Shown: one piece after another, positions 40,424 through 50,041 of the stretch
How positions within the stretch are numbered: the first letter of the stretch is position 1
Layout of the letters: each line of letters begins with the position of its first letter
NCBI GenBank assembly: GCA_965223905.1
Contig: CBDCXV010000009.1
Location: 128,001-192,000, forward strand
Source: Candidatus Latescibacterota bacterium
GTDB taxonomy: Bacteria > Latescibacterota > UBA2968 > UBA8231
Direction of reading: 5' to 3'
Length of the DNA stretch: 64,000 nt
Made by a program: the position numbers and the translations under genes
The notes under the pieces: generated by a model
Databases searched by the model: none
The model's input: only the letters and a program-made list of their open reading frames with translations
Told to the model about the DNA's origin: nothing

Positions 40424-41781
40424 TGCCCCTTGGCGCCGCCGGCGGCGGCTGTGGAGTCGGCTCCCGTTCTCCCGGCCATCCTCGACTTGAAACGCTGCCA
40501 GGACGCGACCGCCTCGGCCTCGCTGAGACCGCGGCGCTCCTGCACGCGGGCGACGAAGGCGGCTGAATCCGGCATCTCCCCGTCGCGGCCGAAGCGGCCT
40601 CCTCCGGAACGGCCGCCGCCGCCGAAGCCGGGAGGCCGTCCCCCGGGAGGCCCACCGGAGGATTCTGCGCTCTTCACCGCCGCTGCAGCCATCTGCGCCG
40701 CCTCGCTGCCGACGGTGCGCACCGCGGAGCCGTCCTTGAGCCCCTGCTGGCCGATGGTGATGACCTCCTCACCCTCCGCGAGCCCGGAGACCACCTCGAC
40801 GAGATCCCCGCTGACGTACCCCAGCTCGACGCCGTGGCGCCGGGCGCGTCCCTCTTCGACCACGAAGACATCCTCCTCGTCGGTTTCCAGCACCAGCGCC
40901 TTCTTGGGGATGACCAGGGTTCCCGCGTGCACGTCGGTGATCAGGCGCACGGTTGCGAACATGCCGGGTTTGAGCCCCGTGCCTTCGGATACCTCGAGGG
41001 TGACCTTTACGGTGCCGCTCTGCGGATCGATGCCGGGGTTGATCATCCTCACCTCGGCGGCGAACCGTTCCCCCTCAATGCCGGAGGCCGTGATCTCGGC
41101 GTGCTGGCCGACCTGCACCTGGCGCACGCGCTTTTCGGGGATGCGGATGCGCGCCAGCAACGGCTCGAGATCGGCCACGGCGAACACCTCCTCGCTGGCG
41201 CGCACGAGATCGCCGACCTCGATGTTGCGCAGCATCAACATGCCCGGGATCGGCGCGCGGATGTCGGCGTATGCGAGGTTGAGACGCGACTCCTTGAGCG
41301 CGACCTCCGCGTTGGCCAGCTGATTTCGGGCGCTCTCGTACTCCTCCTCGCTGACCAGCTGGCGTTCGAACAGTGCCTGGCGGCGGCTGTGCGAGGCGCG
41401 CGCCTGCCCCAGGGCCACTTCGTCCTGTTCCACCCGCAGGCTCAACTCCTCCTTGTCGAGGCGGGCGAGCAGCTCCCCCTCGCGGACGCGGTCCCCCTCT
41501 TCGACGAGCAGCTCCTCGACGGTTCCCTGGGTGCGCGCCACCACCGTCACCCAGCGCTCCGCTTCGAGGCGCGCGTGCGTCTCGATGTAGCTGGAAATGT
41601 CGCCGCGGGTTACCGCCTCGGTCTTTACCGGGATCGCCCCTTCCTCACCGGGGGAGCCGCCCCACTGGCCGCGGCCGCCGCGGCCGCCGGGCGATGGGCC
41701 CTCCTCCTCGCCGCCGCAGGCGCTCAGAAGGGCGCCGAGGGCAGCAGTGGCGGCGATTCGCACTGCGTGAACTGAGACCAT
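40420..41781 (-). CDS. RND periplasmic adaptor (MFP), lipoprotein
   Basis: LSAC lipobox, VEEGDRV..GELLARLD, IRAPIPG, LKPGMF. Confidence 0.93.
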   Translation of the reverse strand: MVSVHAVRIAATAALGALLSACGGEEEGPSPGGRGGRGQWGGSPGEEGAIPVKTEAVTRGDISSYIETHARLEAERWVTVVARTQGTVEELLVEEGDRVREGELLARLDKEELSLRVEQDEVALGQARASHSRRQALFERQLVSEEEYESARNQLANAEVALKESRLNLAYADIRAPIPGMLMLRNIEVGDLVRASEEVFAVADLEPLLARIRIPEKRVRQVQVGQHAEITASGIEGERFAAEVRMINPGIDPQSGTVKVTLEVSEGTGLKPGMFATVRLITDVHAGTLVIPKKALVLETDEEDVFVVEEGRARRHGVELGYVSGDLVEVVSGLAEGEEVITIGQQGLKDGSAVRTVGSEAAQMAAAAVKSAESSGGPPGGRPPGFGGGGRSGGGRFGRDGEMPDSAAFVARVQERRGLSEAEAVASWQRFKSRMAGRTGADSTAAAGGAKGQ

Positions 41782-42042
41782 GTTCGCTGGTTCACCTTTC
41801 CGTTTGGCAAAATGACATCCTCAATTGGACCACCGCAGGGCTGATCCTGTTTAATCCTTTCCGTATTTCGGGTTCGACAGGGAAATCCCGCTCAGGGGGC
41901 AGGCGCACGATTCCCGGGGAGGATCGCCAGCGCCTGTTGCGGCGCGGGCGAGTCGTTGGGGGTAGAGTTTTTGGAGCGGAGACCCCGGGGCTCAGTCAAT
42001 CGGAGCAGGACACTGGTTCCGGGAACCACCCGGGGCGCGCGA

Positions 42043-42825
42043 TTATCCGCCCTTGTCGGAAAGCTTGTAGCTGCTCGCCGTGTAGGTGAGGGTCTGCCCC
42101 GCCTTCATCTCCTGCACCCTGGTGTTCGACGACAGGAATTCCACCGCCCTGGAGAGCGTCTCGATGTCGGCGGGCTGGCCCATCGCATCGCCGTAGTGGC
42201 AGGGAATGACCACGTCCGGGTTGACGAAGCTGGCGGCGCGAGCCGCCTGGCGGATGTCCATCGTGTACTTGCCGCCGACCGGAAAGATGGCGACCTGCGG
42301 TCCGTACATCTGGCCGATCAGCTGCATGTCGCCGAACAGGCATGTATCGGAGGAGTCGTAGATCGAAATGCCGTTGTCGAAAGCGAGCACGAAACCGCTG
42401 ACGGCGCTGTCGGGCCGGAAGTAGTCGTTGCCTGTAGGCGGCCCCTTGACCAGGTGCGGCGCCATCGACAGCGAGTGATGCGCCTGCACCATCGTGATCG
42501 ACACGTCCTTGACCTTCACGGTTCCGCCCGGGTTCATCGTCAGGGCGCGGCTCTCCATCTCGAGGCCGTGCGCCTCGGCTACCTGGCACATCTCGTAGTT
42601 GCCGACGAACTTCGCGTTCGTTCGCCTGCAGATCTCGAACGAGTCGCCGACGTGGTCCATGTGGCCGTGGGTGGCTATGACGATGTCGGCCTTGCGCACC
42701 TGCGACAGCTTGATCTTTGCCATCGGGTTGTCGTCGAGCCAGGCGTCGAAGTAGATGGTCGTGCCTTTGTCCGACTCGAACTTGAACGAGGCGTGACCGA
42801 GGAAGGTGATCTTTACGGATGCCAT
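42043..42825 (-). CDS. Metallo-beta-lactamase-fold metal-dependent hydrolase (UPF0173-like)
   Basis: ITFLGHASF, THGHMDHVGD, AHHS, SDT, PVGGKYTM, IPCHY; start MASVK. Confidence 0.9.
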   Translation of the reverse strand: MASVKITFLGHASFKFESDKGTTIYFDAWLDDNPMAKIKLSQVRKADIVIATHGHMDHVGDSFEICRRTNAKFVGNYEMCQVAEAHGLEMESRALTMNPGGTVKVKDVSITMVQAHHSLSMAPHLVKGPPTGNDYFRPDSAVSGFVLAFDNGISIYDSSDTCLFGDMQLIGQMYGPQVAIFPVGGKYTMDIRQAARAASFVNPDVVIPCHYGDAMGQPADIETLSRAVEFLSSNTRVQEMKAGQTLTYTASSYKLSDKGG

Positions 42826-42929
42826 GTGTTCCTCCGGGGATTTGAGAAGGTGACGGTTCCATCGCAGCCCCCGAACCGGACTGCGGGGCGCGGCCAGCGG
42901 TGCGGAACTGCGCCTGAAGTGCCAATCCT

Positions 42930-43250
42930 CTATTCGGCGCTCACCGCGGTGGCGCTGACCGAGACCATCAGCATGCTCCCGCCCTTGCCGACCACTTCGT
43001 AGTCGAGGTCGATCCCGAGCACGGCGTTCCCTCCCTGACGGTGCGCCGCCTCGGCCATCTCTTCCAGGGCGATCTCGCGGGCCTTCTGCAGCTCCTTCTC
43101 GTAGGCCGAGGAGCGCCCGCCCACGATGTCGCGGATGCCGGCAAAGAAATCCCGGAAGATGTTGGCGCCGACGATCGCCTCGCCGGTGACGATGCCGTGG
43201 TAGCGGCGGATGGTCTTGCCCTCGATGCTCGAAGTGGTGGTCATAATCAC
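42930..43250 (-). CDS. YbjQ/UPF0145 heavy-metal-binding family protein
   Basis: [48 protein letters not shown]. Confidence 0.92.
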   Translation of the reverse strand: MIMTTTSSIEGKTIRRYHGIVTGEAIVGANIFRDFFAGIRDIVGGRSSAYEKELQKAREIALEEMAEAAHRQGGNAVLGIDLDYEVVGKGGSMLMVSVSATAVSAE

Positions 43251-43388
43251 GACCGCGCCTCATTCCGATGGAGTGGTACTGCCGCGGCCGGTGTGGTCCG
43301 CGTACGGTGAAGTCGGCGAGGTATTAAGACTTTTCGCAGCCTGCGGGTCAAGCAGGCCCTGGACTTCCAGCTTCCTGAGATTTCGCCC

Positions 43389-45776
43389 CTATTGCGACTC
43401 CCGCTGCCTGGTCGTCGAAGCGGCGAGACCGTCGACCTTGAGCACCTCTCCGGTCTTGCGGTCGACCTGTCCGAACTCGAGGACCCCGGTGGGGCAGGAC
43501 TCGACGCAGGCGCTGCAGCGCACGCACTCGGGATCGGCCATCGGCAGACCCTTGTTGGCGAAGTTCATGACGTCGATGCCCTGGTGGCAGACCGAGGTGC
43601 AGACGTTGCAGGAGATGCACTTCTTCTTGTCGGCGAGAATGCGGAAGCGGCTGAAGCGGGCGTAGATGTGCATCAGCGCCGCCAGGGGGCATGCGAAGCG
43701 GCACCAGACGCGGCCGCTGAACCAGAAGTAGGCCCCGTACCCCACGATGCCGGCCAGCAGCAGATCGACCGCCCACTTGTAGTTCAGCTGTATGCCGAAC
43801 GGTTTCCAGCCGTACAGCAGCCCGGCGTAGAAGGCGGCGAGGCTGCTGCCCAAACCGGTGTCGGGCCAGATCCAGCTGATGACCCGGGTCGCCAGCAGGA
43901 GGAAGCAGATCAGCAGGATCGCCTGGCCCAGCATGTTCGCCCTGTTCCAGGCGGCCCCGTGCGGCATCTTGTGGCGGTGGGTGTCGCCGAGGGTTTCGGC
44001 CATGGCGCCGCAGGAGCAGATCCAGCCGCAGTACGCACCCTTCCCCCAGAAAAAGATGATCAGCGGGATGAGGACGAAGGTCTGGACGAGACTGATGCCC
44101 AGCCACCACCAGAGCGGCTGCGAGGTGAACACGTTCCAGATGAACAGGGGCCAGGCGAGAACGAAACCGAAGGCGCGCCAGTACTCGCGGCCGTGGCCGT
44201 AGTCGACGGCGGGAAACAGGGCGTCGGCGAAGCTCTTTCCGAAGCCGCCGTCGAACCAGCCGTTGTACCCGAGCCAGGGGAGCAGGAGGTAGGGCAGCAG
44301 GAACAGCGGCACCACCTGGACCGCGGCGAGCGTCCAGGTCTGCACCTTGACGTACGGGGTGCGCCGGCGGCGGATGCGCCGGATTCCAAACAGGACGACG
44401 AGGGCGGAGTAGAGCAGGCTGTAGTAGAAGCCGGGTTCGCCGAGATTTCGGTTGAGGGTTCCGAGGATGGTCGCCGGGTCCGCGGCCATGGCGCCGAGGG
44501 CCCCGCCGGCCTGGCTGAGCAGGGAGGGTACGTTGAAGGGAAACCAGGCGTTCCCCTGGAACCAGCCGGTCAGCGAGCCGCCGGCCTTCCAGTTGTAGAC
44601 GAAGGCGCACAGGGCGGTGAACAGTGCCAGGCCGGCCCAGTTGCGCGGCCGCAGTTCGCCGCGGATCGACACCCCGGAACGGCGGAAGAACTCCAGCGGG
44701 GCCTCGCGGCCGATCATCGCGAAGACCGCGTCGTTGGGGATGCGGACCTCCTGCCGGTCGGCATCCTCGAGGAGGACCTCGTTCTCCTCGATCCCCTTGA
44801 GGTTCGACGCCATCATCGTGCGGATCGAGCCGGCGCGGCGCCCGCCTTCGAGGAAGGCGCCGCTGCTCGTCGTCACCCTCTCGGAGGTCGGGGTGTCGAC
44901 GGCGACCTCGGCCATCGGGTCGGCGGACAACATCTCGAGCTTCTCGATGTTTTCCGGCTTTGGCCGGGCGAACTCCGGCTTGCGGTAGGAGAGGGTGACC
45001 CGCCCGCCGGCGAGGGCGACGGCGATCGCGGTTTCGAGGGCGCTGTCGCCGCCGCCGACGACGAGGACGTCGCTGTCGCCGTAATCCTTGGGGTCGTGCA
45101 GGCGATTGGAGACCTTGTCGAGCTCCTCCCCAGTTACTCCGAGCTTGCGGAAGTTCCCCGAGCGCCCGATGGCGACGATCACCCGGCGGGCGCGCAGCGT
45201 GTCGCGCCCGGGAACGATCAGCTCGAACTGCCCTCCGCCGCTGCGCACCTGCTCGACGCGCGCCATCGTCGGGACGATACCGTTCTCCAGGGTCTGGCCC
45301 TTGAGCTCGGCTACCAGCGGCTCCTTGACTTCGGCGGTGAACTGCAGCTCGCCCGCAGGCACCATTTCGGTCGGGTAGGTGAAGATCGGCTTGCCGCGCG
45401 GGAAGTTGACGACGGTGGAGAACGGCTCGGTCGCCTCGAACAGCTCGAAGCGCAGACCGGCTTCCCGGGCGGCGAGGGCCGCGGCCATGCCGCTGACCCC
45501 GGCGCCGACGATGGCGACGTCGAGGATGTCGCCGTCCCCCCCGGACTGGCGCTCCTGCTGAAAGCGCTGATCGTCGCGGATGTGCTCGACCGCCCTGGCG
45601 CCGCTGTCGGAGGAGAATTTGAGCAGCGGAATGCCGGTGAGGTCGCCGACGATGTAGAGCCCGGGGACGTTGCTGCGGTAGTTCCCGTCGACTTCGGGCA
45701 GCTTTTCGACCACCCCGGCGGGCCAGCGGGTGTGCAGCCACTTCGCGTAGGATCCAAGAGTTCGCATCTCGATCAC
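43389..45776 (-). CDS. TrxB/YpdA-like FAD/NAD(P) oxidoreductase fused to a multi-TM 4Fe-4S (NapH/RdxA-like) domain
   Basis: IVGAGVSG, VVGGGDSA, multiple TM helices, YCGWICSCG, WCRFACP, CISCNVCTSVC, CVRCSACVESCP. Confidence 0.85.
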   Translation of the reverse strand: MIEMRTLGSYAKWLHTRWPAGVVEKLPEVDGNYRSNVPGLYIVGDLTGIPLLKFSSDSGARAVEHIRDDQRFQQERQSGGDGDILDVAIVGAGVSGMAAALAAREAGLRFELFEATEPFSTVVNFPRGKPIFTYPTEMVPAGELQFTAEVKEPLVAELKGQTLENGIVPTMARVEQVRSGGGQFELIVPGRDTLRARRVIVAIGRSGNFRKLGVTGEELDKVSNRLHDPKDYGDSDVLVVGGGDSALETAIAVALAGGRVTLSYRKPEFARPKPENIEKLEMLSADPMAEVAVDTPTSERVTTSSGAFLEGGRRAGSIRTMMASNLKGIEENEVLLEDADRQEVRIPNDAVFAMIGREAPLEFFRRSGVSIRGELRPRNWAGLALFTALCAFVYNWKAGGSLTGWFQGNAWFPFNVPSLLSQAGGALGAMAADPATILGTLNRNLGEPGFYYSLLYSALVVLFGIRRIRRRRTPYVKVQTWTLAAVQVVPLFLLPYLLLPWLGYNGWFDGGFGKSFADALFPAVDYGHGREYWRAFGFVLAWPLFIWNVFTSQPLWWWLGISLVQTFVLIPLIIFFWGKGAYCGWICSCGAMAETLGDTHRHKMPHGAAWNRANMLGQAILLICFLLLATRVISWIWPDTGLGSSLAAFYAGLLYGWKPFGIQLNYKWAVDLLLAGIVGYGAYFWFSGRVWCRFACPLAALMHIYARFSRFRILADKKKCISCNVCTSVCHQGIDVMNFANKGLPMADPECVRCSACVESCPTGVLEFGQVDRKTGEVLKVDGLAASTTRQRESQ

Positions 45777-47224
45777 CTCACCAGGGTCATTACCCGGGTC
45801 TCGCTGACCCCTTCGCTCTCGACCAGGAGACGGCAGAGGTAGCTGCCGCTCGCCACCTTGCCACCGTCTTCGTCGCGGGCGTCCCAGCGGTAGATGTAGC
45901 GCCCCGCGTCCTGGAAGCCGCTGGCGAGGCTGCGGACCTGCTGGCCGGCGGCGTTGAAGATGGTCAGGTCCACACTGGCGCCGCGCGGAAGGCCGTACTG
46001 AATGTGGGTGCCCGGGTTGAAGGGGTTGGGGTAGTTCTGGGCCAGGGTGATCGCCCTGGGCAGGGAGACGTCGAGCTCTACGGCGGTGTCGGGCTCCGGC
46101 AGCTCTTCGACGATCCCCTCACCCTGCCAGACCGGGGCCCCGTTCCAGAAGGTGTCCCAGGCGAACCACATCGAGTTGTACGCCGGGATCTGCTCGAGCC
46201 GGGTCCCCTTGAGCTCGCCGGAGACCGCCTCCCCCAGCATGTTCCAGCGGCTGCCGGTCTCGACGTCGACGAACTCGACCGGCAGGTCGCCCAGCGGCTC
46301 GGCGAAGACGAAGGACAGCGACCTGCCGCCGACCTTCCTGCTGTAGGGAATGGCGGTGCGCGAGGCGCGGTCGAAGACGACGAGCAGGCTGTCGCCGCCG
46401 ACTTCGTCGTTGATGACCACCCCGTCCGGGATGTCCTTGAAGGGGTACGACTTGGCCTCGCCGTTGCGGGATACGCCGAGCACGGTCTCCTTCGCCAGGA
46501 TGCGGCCGTCGAGATCCGGGGTGGCCGTGGTCATCGGGAAGAAGATGTAGCGGTGATCCTCGCGGTAGCTGTCGTAGGGGTAGATCTGGTACTGGCCCTC
46601 CCGCTGGTAGCGGCTGCGTTGGCGGCTGTCGTAGCGGTCCAGACCGGTTCCCGCCAGGGCGACCTCGGTGTCGGGGTTCATCTTCTTCCACATCGACCAG
46701 GTGGTCTCGACGATCGGCAGCAGCTCGAGCTTCTCCCCCAGGTAGCGGCCGCTGATCCCGGTGTAGATCATCTGCGGATACAGGGTCAGGCCGTCGCGGC
46801 GGTCGTACATCACAAGGTTGCTGTTGATCAGCTGCCCCGAGACGCCGAACTCGATCTGCGCCAAGTCGTCGCCGGTGGCGTCGAAGTTGAGGGCCGTGCC
46901 GGTGAGCGGACAGAGCGTCACCGAGATGAACTGGCCGCCGATCTCGTCGTTGATGATCTCGTGCCACCACCCCAGGTTCTCCGGGTAGGCCTTGGCGACG
47001 CCGTGCCTGAAGATTCCCATGACGAGGTCGTCCTCGCGCACGTACTCCGCATCCTCGGGCCTGCCGAACTCCGGGTTGGTCAGCGCCGGGATGCCGTCCT
47101 TGGCGGGGCCGCCGCTGAACAGGTGCTCCGTCAGCCCGGTGACGTCGTCCTGCAGGTACTCTCCGCCTGAGGCGGGCAGCGCCGCAAGGGCGAAGATGGC
47201 CGCCGCCGCAAGGCTCTTGTTCAT
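45773..47224 (-). CDS. DUF3179 protein with signal peptide and C-terminal FlgD-Ig/T9SS-like domain
   Basis: GGPAKDGIPAL, KAYP, WHEIIND, TLCPLTG, FGVSG.LINSNLVMYDR, WFAW; LAQNYPNPFNP...WDARDEDG. Confidence 0.85.
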   Translation of the reverse strand: MNKSLAAAAIFALAALPASGGEYLQDDVTGLTEHLFSGGPAKDGIPALTNPEFGRPEDAEYVREDDLVMGIFRHGVAKAYPENLGWWHEIINDEIGGQFISVTLCPLTGTALNFDATGDDLAQIEFGVSGQLINSNLVMYDRRDGLTLYPQMIYTGISGRYLGEKLELLPIVETTWSMWKKMNPDTEVALAGTGLDRYDSRQRSRYQREGQYQIYPYDSYREDHRYIFFPMTTATPDLDGRILAKETVLGVSRNGEAKSYPFKDIPDGVVINDEVGGDSLLVVFDRASRTAIPYSRKVGGRSLSFVFAEPLGDLPVEFVDVETGSRWNMLGEAVSGELKGTRLEQIPAYNSMWFAWDTFWNGAPVWQGEGIVEELPEPDTAVELDVSLPRAITLAQNYPNPFNPGTHIQYGLPRGASVDLTIFNAAGQQVRSLASGFQDAGRYIYRWDARDEDGGKVASGSYLCRLLVESEGVSETRVMTLVR

Positions 47225-47254
47225 GGTTCTCGTCCTCCGTTGCAGCCGCAGCGC

Positions 47255-48331
47255 CTACAGGTCGACGACCCGCAGCCGCTGTGCCAGCTTGTCTCCCAGA
47301 AGATCGGACTTGCTCTCGAGTTTCAAAACGCCGCGCGGGCAGACGTGAGCGCACATCCCGCAGCCGACGCACGAGGCCCGCTTGACGTCCTGGTTGTTGC
47401 GGGCATAGGCGCGCACGTCGATCCCCATCTCGCAGTAGGCGCTGCAGTTGCCGCACGAGATGCACATGTCCGGTTTCACGCTGATGCGGAAGCGCCCGAA
47501 CTTCTGGATCAGGCCGAGCAGCGCCGCCATCGGGAAGAAGAAGCGGCACCAGACCCGGGTTCCCAGCAGCGGGTAGAGCGCCACGGCGAACACCCCCGAC
47601 AGCAGCGCCCCGACGATGAGCCCGTACATCTCCTGAATCTTGAAGGCCACCGCGGCGAAGCCTGGGTGGTTCTGGCCGATGCCCCAGTTGATGAAGACGA
47701 CCGCGGTGGTGCCGAGGGCGAGAAGCAGCACCGTGTGGATGGAGATCTGCTCGAACTTCCACGCCCGCGTCGACTTGTCGGAGAGGTGGCGCCAGGAGTC
47801 GCCGGCGGTCTCGGCAAGGCCGCCGCAGCCGCAGATCCACGAGCAGTAGAAGCGCTTGCCGAAGATGAAGGCCAGCGCCGGGAACAGGATCAGCGAACCG
47901 ATGAAGCTGTAGAGGGCGATCAGCACCGGGTACTCGAGGATCGTGCTCGGGTAGAAGTAATCGGTCTTCAGCGGCCACAGGTAGGAGAAGAAAAAATCCT
48001 TCTTCCCGAACAGGGCCATCGCGAAAGGCAGGCAGAAGGCGAGCACGATCTGCACCGCCACCACGACAAGGGTCCTGACGCGCTGGTAGCGGCTGTTGCC
48101 GTGACGGCCCAGGAAGAAGGCGCCGCCGGCGATCATGGCGAGCGAGTAGATGGCGCCGTAGAGCCACCACTTGTTGCCCAGACCCAGGGCCGCGGCGAGC
48201 GGGTCGAACCAGTCGGTGAAATAGGTCGCCAGGTAGAAGGCGAGGATGGCGGCCCCGAGGATCCAGGCGCTCGCCCCGCGCCGCCGCCATGCTTCCCGGT
48301 AGGTGCTCATCAGTCCGTGTTGGTACATCAT
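47255..48331 (-). CDS. Membrane 4Fe-4S binding protein (polyferredoxin)
   Basis: Multiple TM helices, YCSWICGCGGLAET, CISCGNCSAYC, CVGCGMCAHVCP; start MMYQ after GAGGAG. Confidence 0.85.
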   Translation of the reverse strand: MMYQHGLMSTYREAWRRRGASAWILGAAILAFYLATYFTDWFDPLAAALGLGNKWWLYGAIYSLAMIAGGAFFLGRHGNSRYQRVRTLVVVAVQIVLAFCLPFAMALFGKKDFFFSYLWPLKTDYFYPSTILEYPVLIALYSFIGSLILFPALAFIFGKRFYCSWICGCGGLAETAGDSWRHLSDKSTRAWKFEQISIHTVLLLALGTTAVVFINWGIGQNHPGFAAVAFKIQEMYGLIVGALLSGVFAVALYPLLGTRVWCRFFFPMAALLGLIQKFGRFRISVKPDMCISCGNCSAYCEMGIDVRAYARNNQDVKRASCVGCGMCAHVCPRGVLKLESKSDLLGDKLAQRLRVVDL

Positions 48332-48360
48332 CTGCTCGCGCTCTCCTCGGAAATATTCCC

Positions 48361-49794
48361 TTATGTGACTGTCGCCTGCGCGGTGTCGAAGACCGGCGGG
48401 GGCGTCAGCTCCGGGTCGAACAGGGCCTCCCGCAAGTGGGACAACACGTAGCGCAGGTCGCGGCGCTCCTCGATCCAGCGCACCAGGAAGGTGTGGTCCC
48501 AGCGGCGGCCCAGCATGTTGAAGCCGACGACGCGGTCGTTCTGCAGGACGATCCGCGTGGTGCTGCGCACCGGTCCGGTCTCCTCGTGGAACCAGTTCCT
48601 CTCCCCCTCGAGGTTGAAGTTGACCAGCCCGGCGGTGGTGTACTCGACATCCATGAACTTCGCCGAATTGTAGAACGTCCCGCGCTCGTAGGTGGCGGAG
48701 TCTCCCAGCATGGCGGCGCCGGCCACCCGGCCCTGGGCGCGCGAGGTGTACCACAGCTGCTCCGGCCTGCGGCTGCCGTCGAACCAGGCGACCGCGGCGC
48801 AGTCGCCGGCGGCGAACACGCCGGGGGCCGAGGTCGCAAGCCCCCCGTCGACGACGATGCCCCAAGAGCGATCGTCGAGCTCGATACCCGAGTCATCGAG
48901 CCACCCGGTGTTGGGAACCACCCCGATGGTGATGACGGCGATATCGCACTCGATCCCGGGACCGTCGTCCCAGGTGTCGTCGGGAAAGGCGTTCGGCCGG
49001 TGCCCCGGATCGGCGACCTTGGTGCGCATTCCCGCTACCGCGCCCGCGGCGTCGCCGACGAACTCGTCGACCACGGTGTTGAGGTGCACGTGCAGGCCGT
49101 TCTCCTCCATCACCCGCGCGATCCAGGCGGCCTCGCGGCCGTCGATGGCCAGCGGCCAGTACCAGTCCTCCATGATCAGGAAATGGGTGTCGACCCCGGC
49201 ATGGGCGAGGATCTCTGCCGCCTCGATGCCGACCAGTCCGCCCCCTACGACCGCGGCGCTCCGGGCAGGGCGCCCCCGTTTTTCCGCGACCGCGGCGCGC
49301 GGGCTGTAAGGGGAGTCGGAGGTGGTGGCCTCCAGATGGTGGTCCGGGCGCGGCGGCCTGCCGGCGCCGGGGCCGCCGTGGGCCTCGCGTTCGAGCCACT
49401 CGAGGTCCTGCATGGTGACGAAGTGGCCGATCCCGTCGAGGCCGGAGCCGGGCCAGGGGCCCGGGCGCGGCCGCGAGCCGCAGGCGATCAGCAGGCGGTC
49501 GTAGGGAAGCGGCTCCAGGCCTCCGGCGAGCTGCACCTGCCTGGTCTCGACGTCGACGCCGGTGGCGCGCGCCCTCACCCGCCCGAAACCGAGGCGCTCG
49601 TACAGGTCGCGCTCGTAGGTCTCGATGTCGCGGTGCGACAGCTGTCCGCAGAAGACGTACATCAGCGCCGTGCGGGAGAAGGGGTGGTCGGACTCTTCCG
49701 ACACGATGCAGATCTCCCAGTCCGGCTCGCGCTGACGAATCGCCAGCGCCGCCTCCATGCCGGCGACTCCGTTTCCTATAATGACGGCTCTCAT
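48361..49794 (-). CDS. FAD/NAD(P)-dependent oxidoreductase (NirB/rubredoxin-reductase-like)
   Basis: IIGNGVAG, YDRLLIACGSRP, VVGGGLVGIE, GVVPNT, PGVFAAGDCA; start MRAVII. Confidence 0.88.
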   Translation of the reverse strand: MRAVIIGNGVAGMEAALAIRQREPDWEICIVSEESDHPFSRTALMYVFCGQLSHRDIETYERDLYERLGFGRVRARATGVDVETRQVQLAGGLEPLPYDRLLIACGSRPRPGPWPGSGLDGIGHFVTMQDLEWLEREAHGGPGAGRPPRPDHHLEATTSDSPYSPRAAVAEKRGRPARSAAVVGGGLVGIEAAEILAHAGVDTHFLIMEDWYWPLAIDGREAAWIARVMEENGLHVHLNTVVDEFVGDAAGAVAGMRTKVADPGHRPNAFPDDTWDDGPGIECDIAVITIGVVPNTGWLDDSGIELDDRSWGIVVDGGLATSAPGVFAAGDCAAVAWFDGSRRPEQLWYTSRAQGRVAGAAMLGDSATYERGTFYNSAKFMDVEYTTAGLVNFNLEGERNWFHEETGPVRSTTRIVLQNDRVVGFNMLGRRWDHTFLVRWIEERRDLRYVLSHLREALFDPELTPPPVFDTAQATVT

Positions 49795-50041
49795 TGCGGT
49801 ATGCGGTTTACCAGTTGGATGACCGAAGCGCTCCTCGGTTTCAAGGTGCCGCCGCACTTGGCTGCAACGGCCTGTTGCTCCCCCTTCGCCGCCGCCATCG
49901 TCACGGCCGGCGCAAGGGGGTGAATCTCGTCACGGAACAGGCTGGAATCCAGGTTGCCGAGGGCGTCGCTCCAGCGGCCTGAAGCTTGTGGAACCCGGAG
50001 TCAATGCGGATAATCCAATATGGTACATCGTATCGGATGAC

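Noticed and set aside
48332-48865. Apparent 536-aa version of the polyferredoxin
   Set aside because: The extension overlaps the upstream oxidoreductase in another frame; an RBS and ATG exist at 48331.
50020-50028. ATGGTACAT shared with the palindrome half-site at 26326
   Set aside because: Only a 9-mer, explainable as an extended -10 element; no second half-site.
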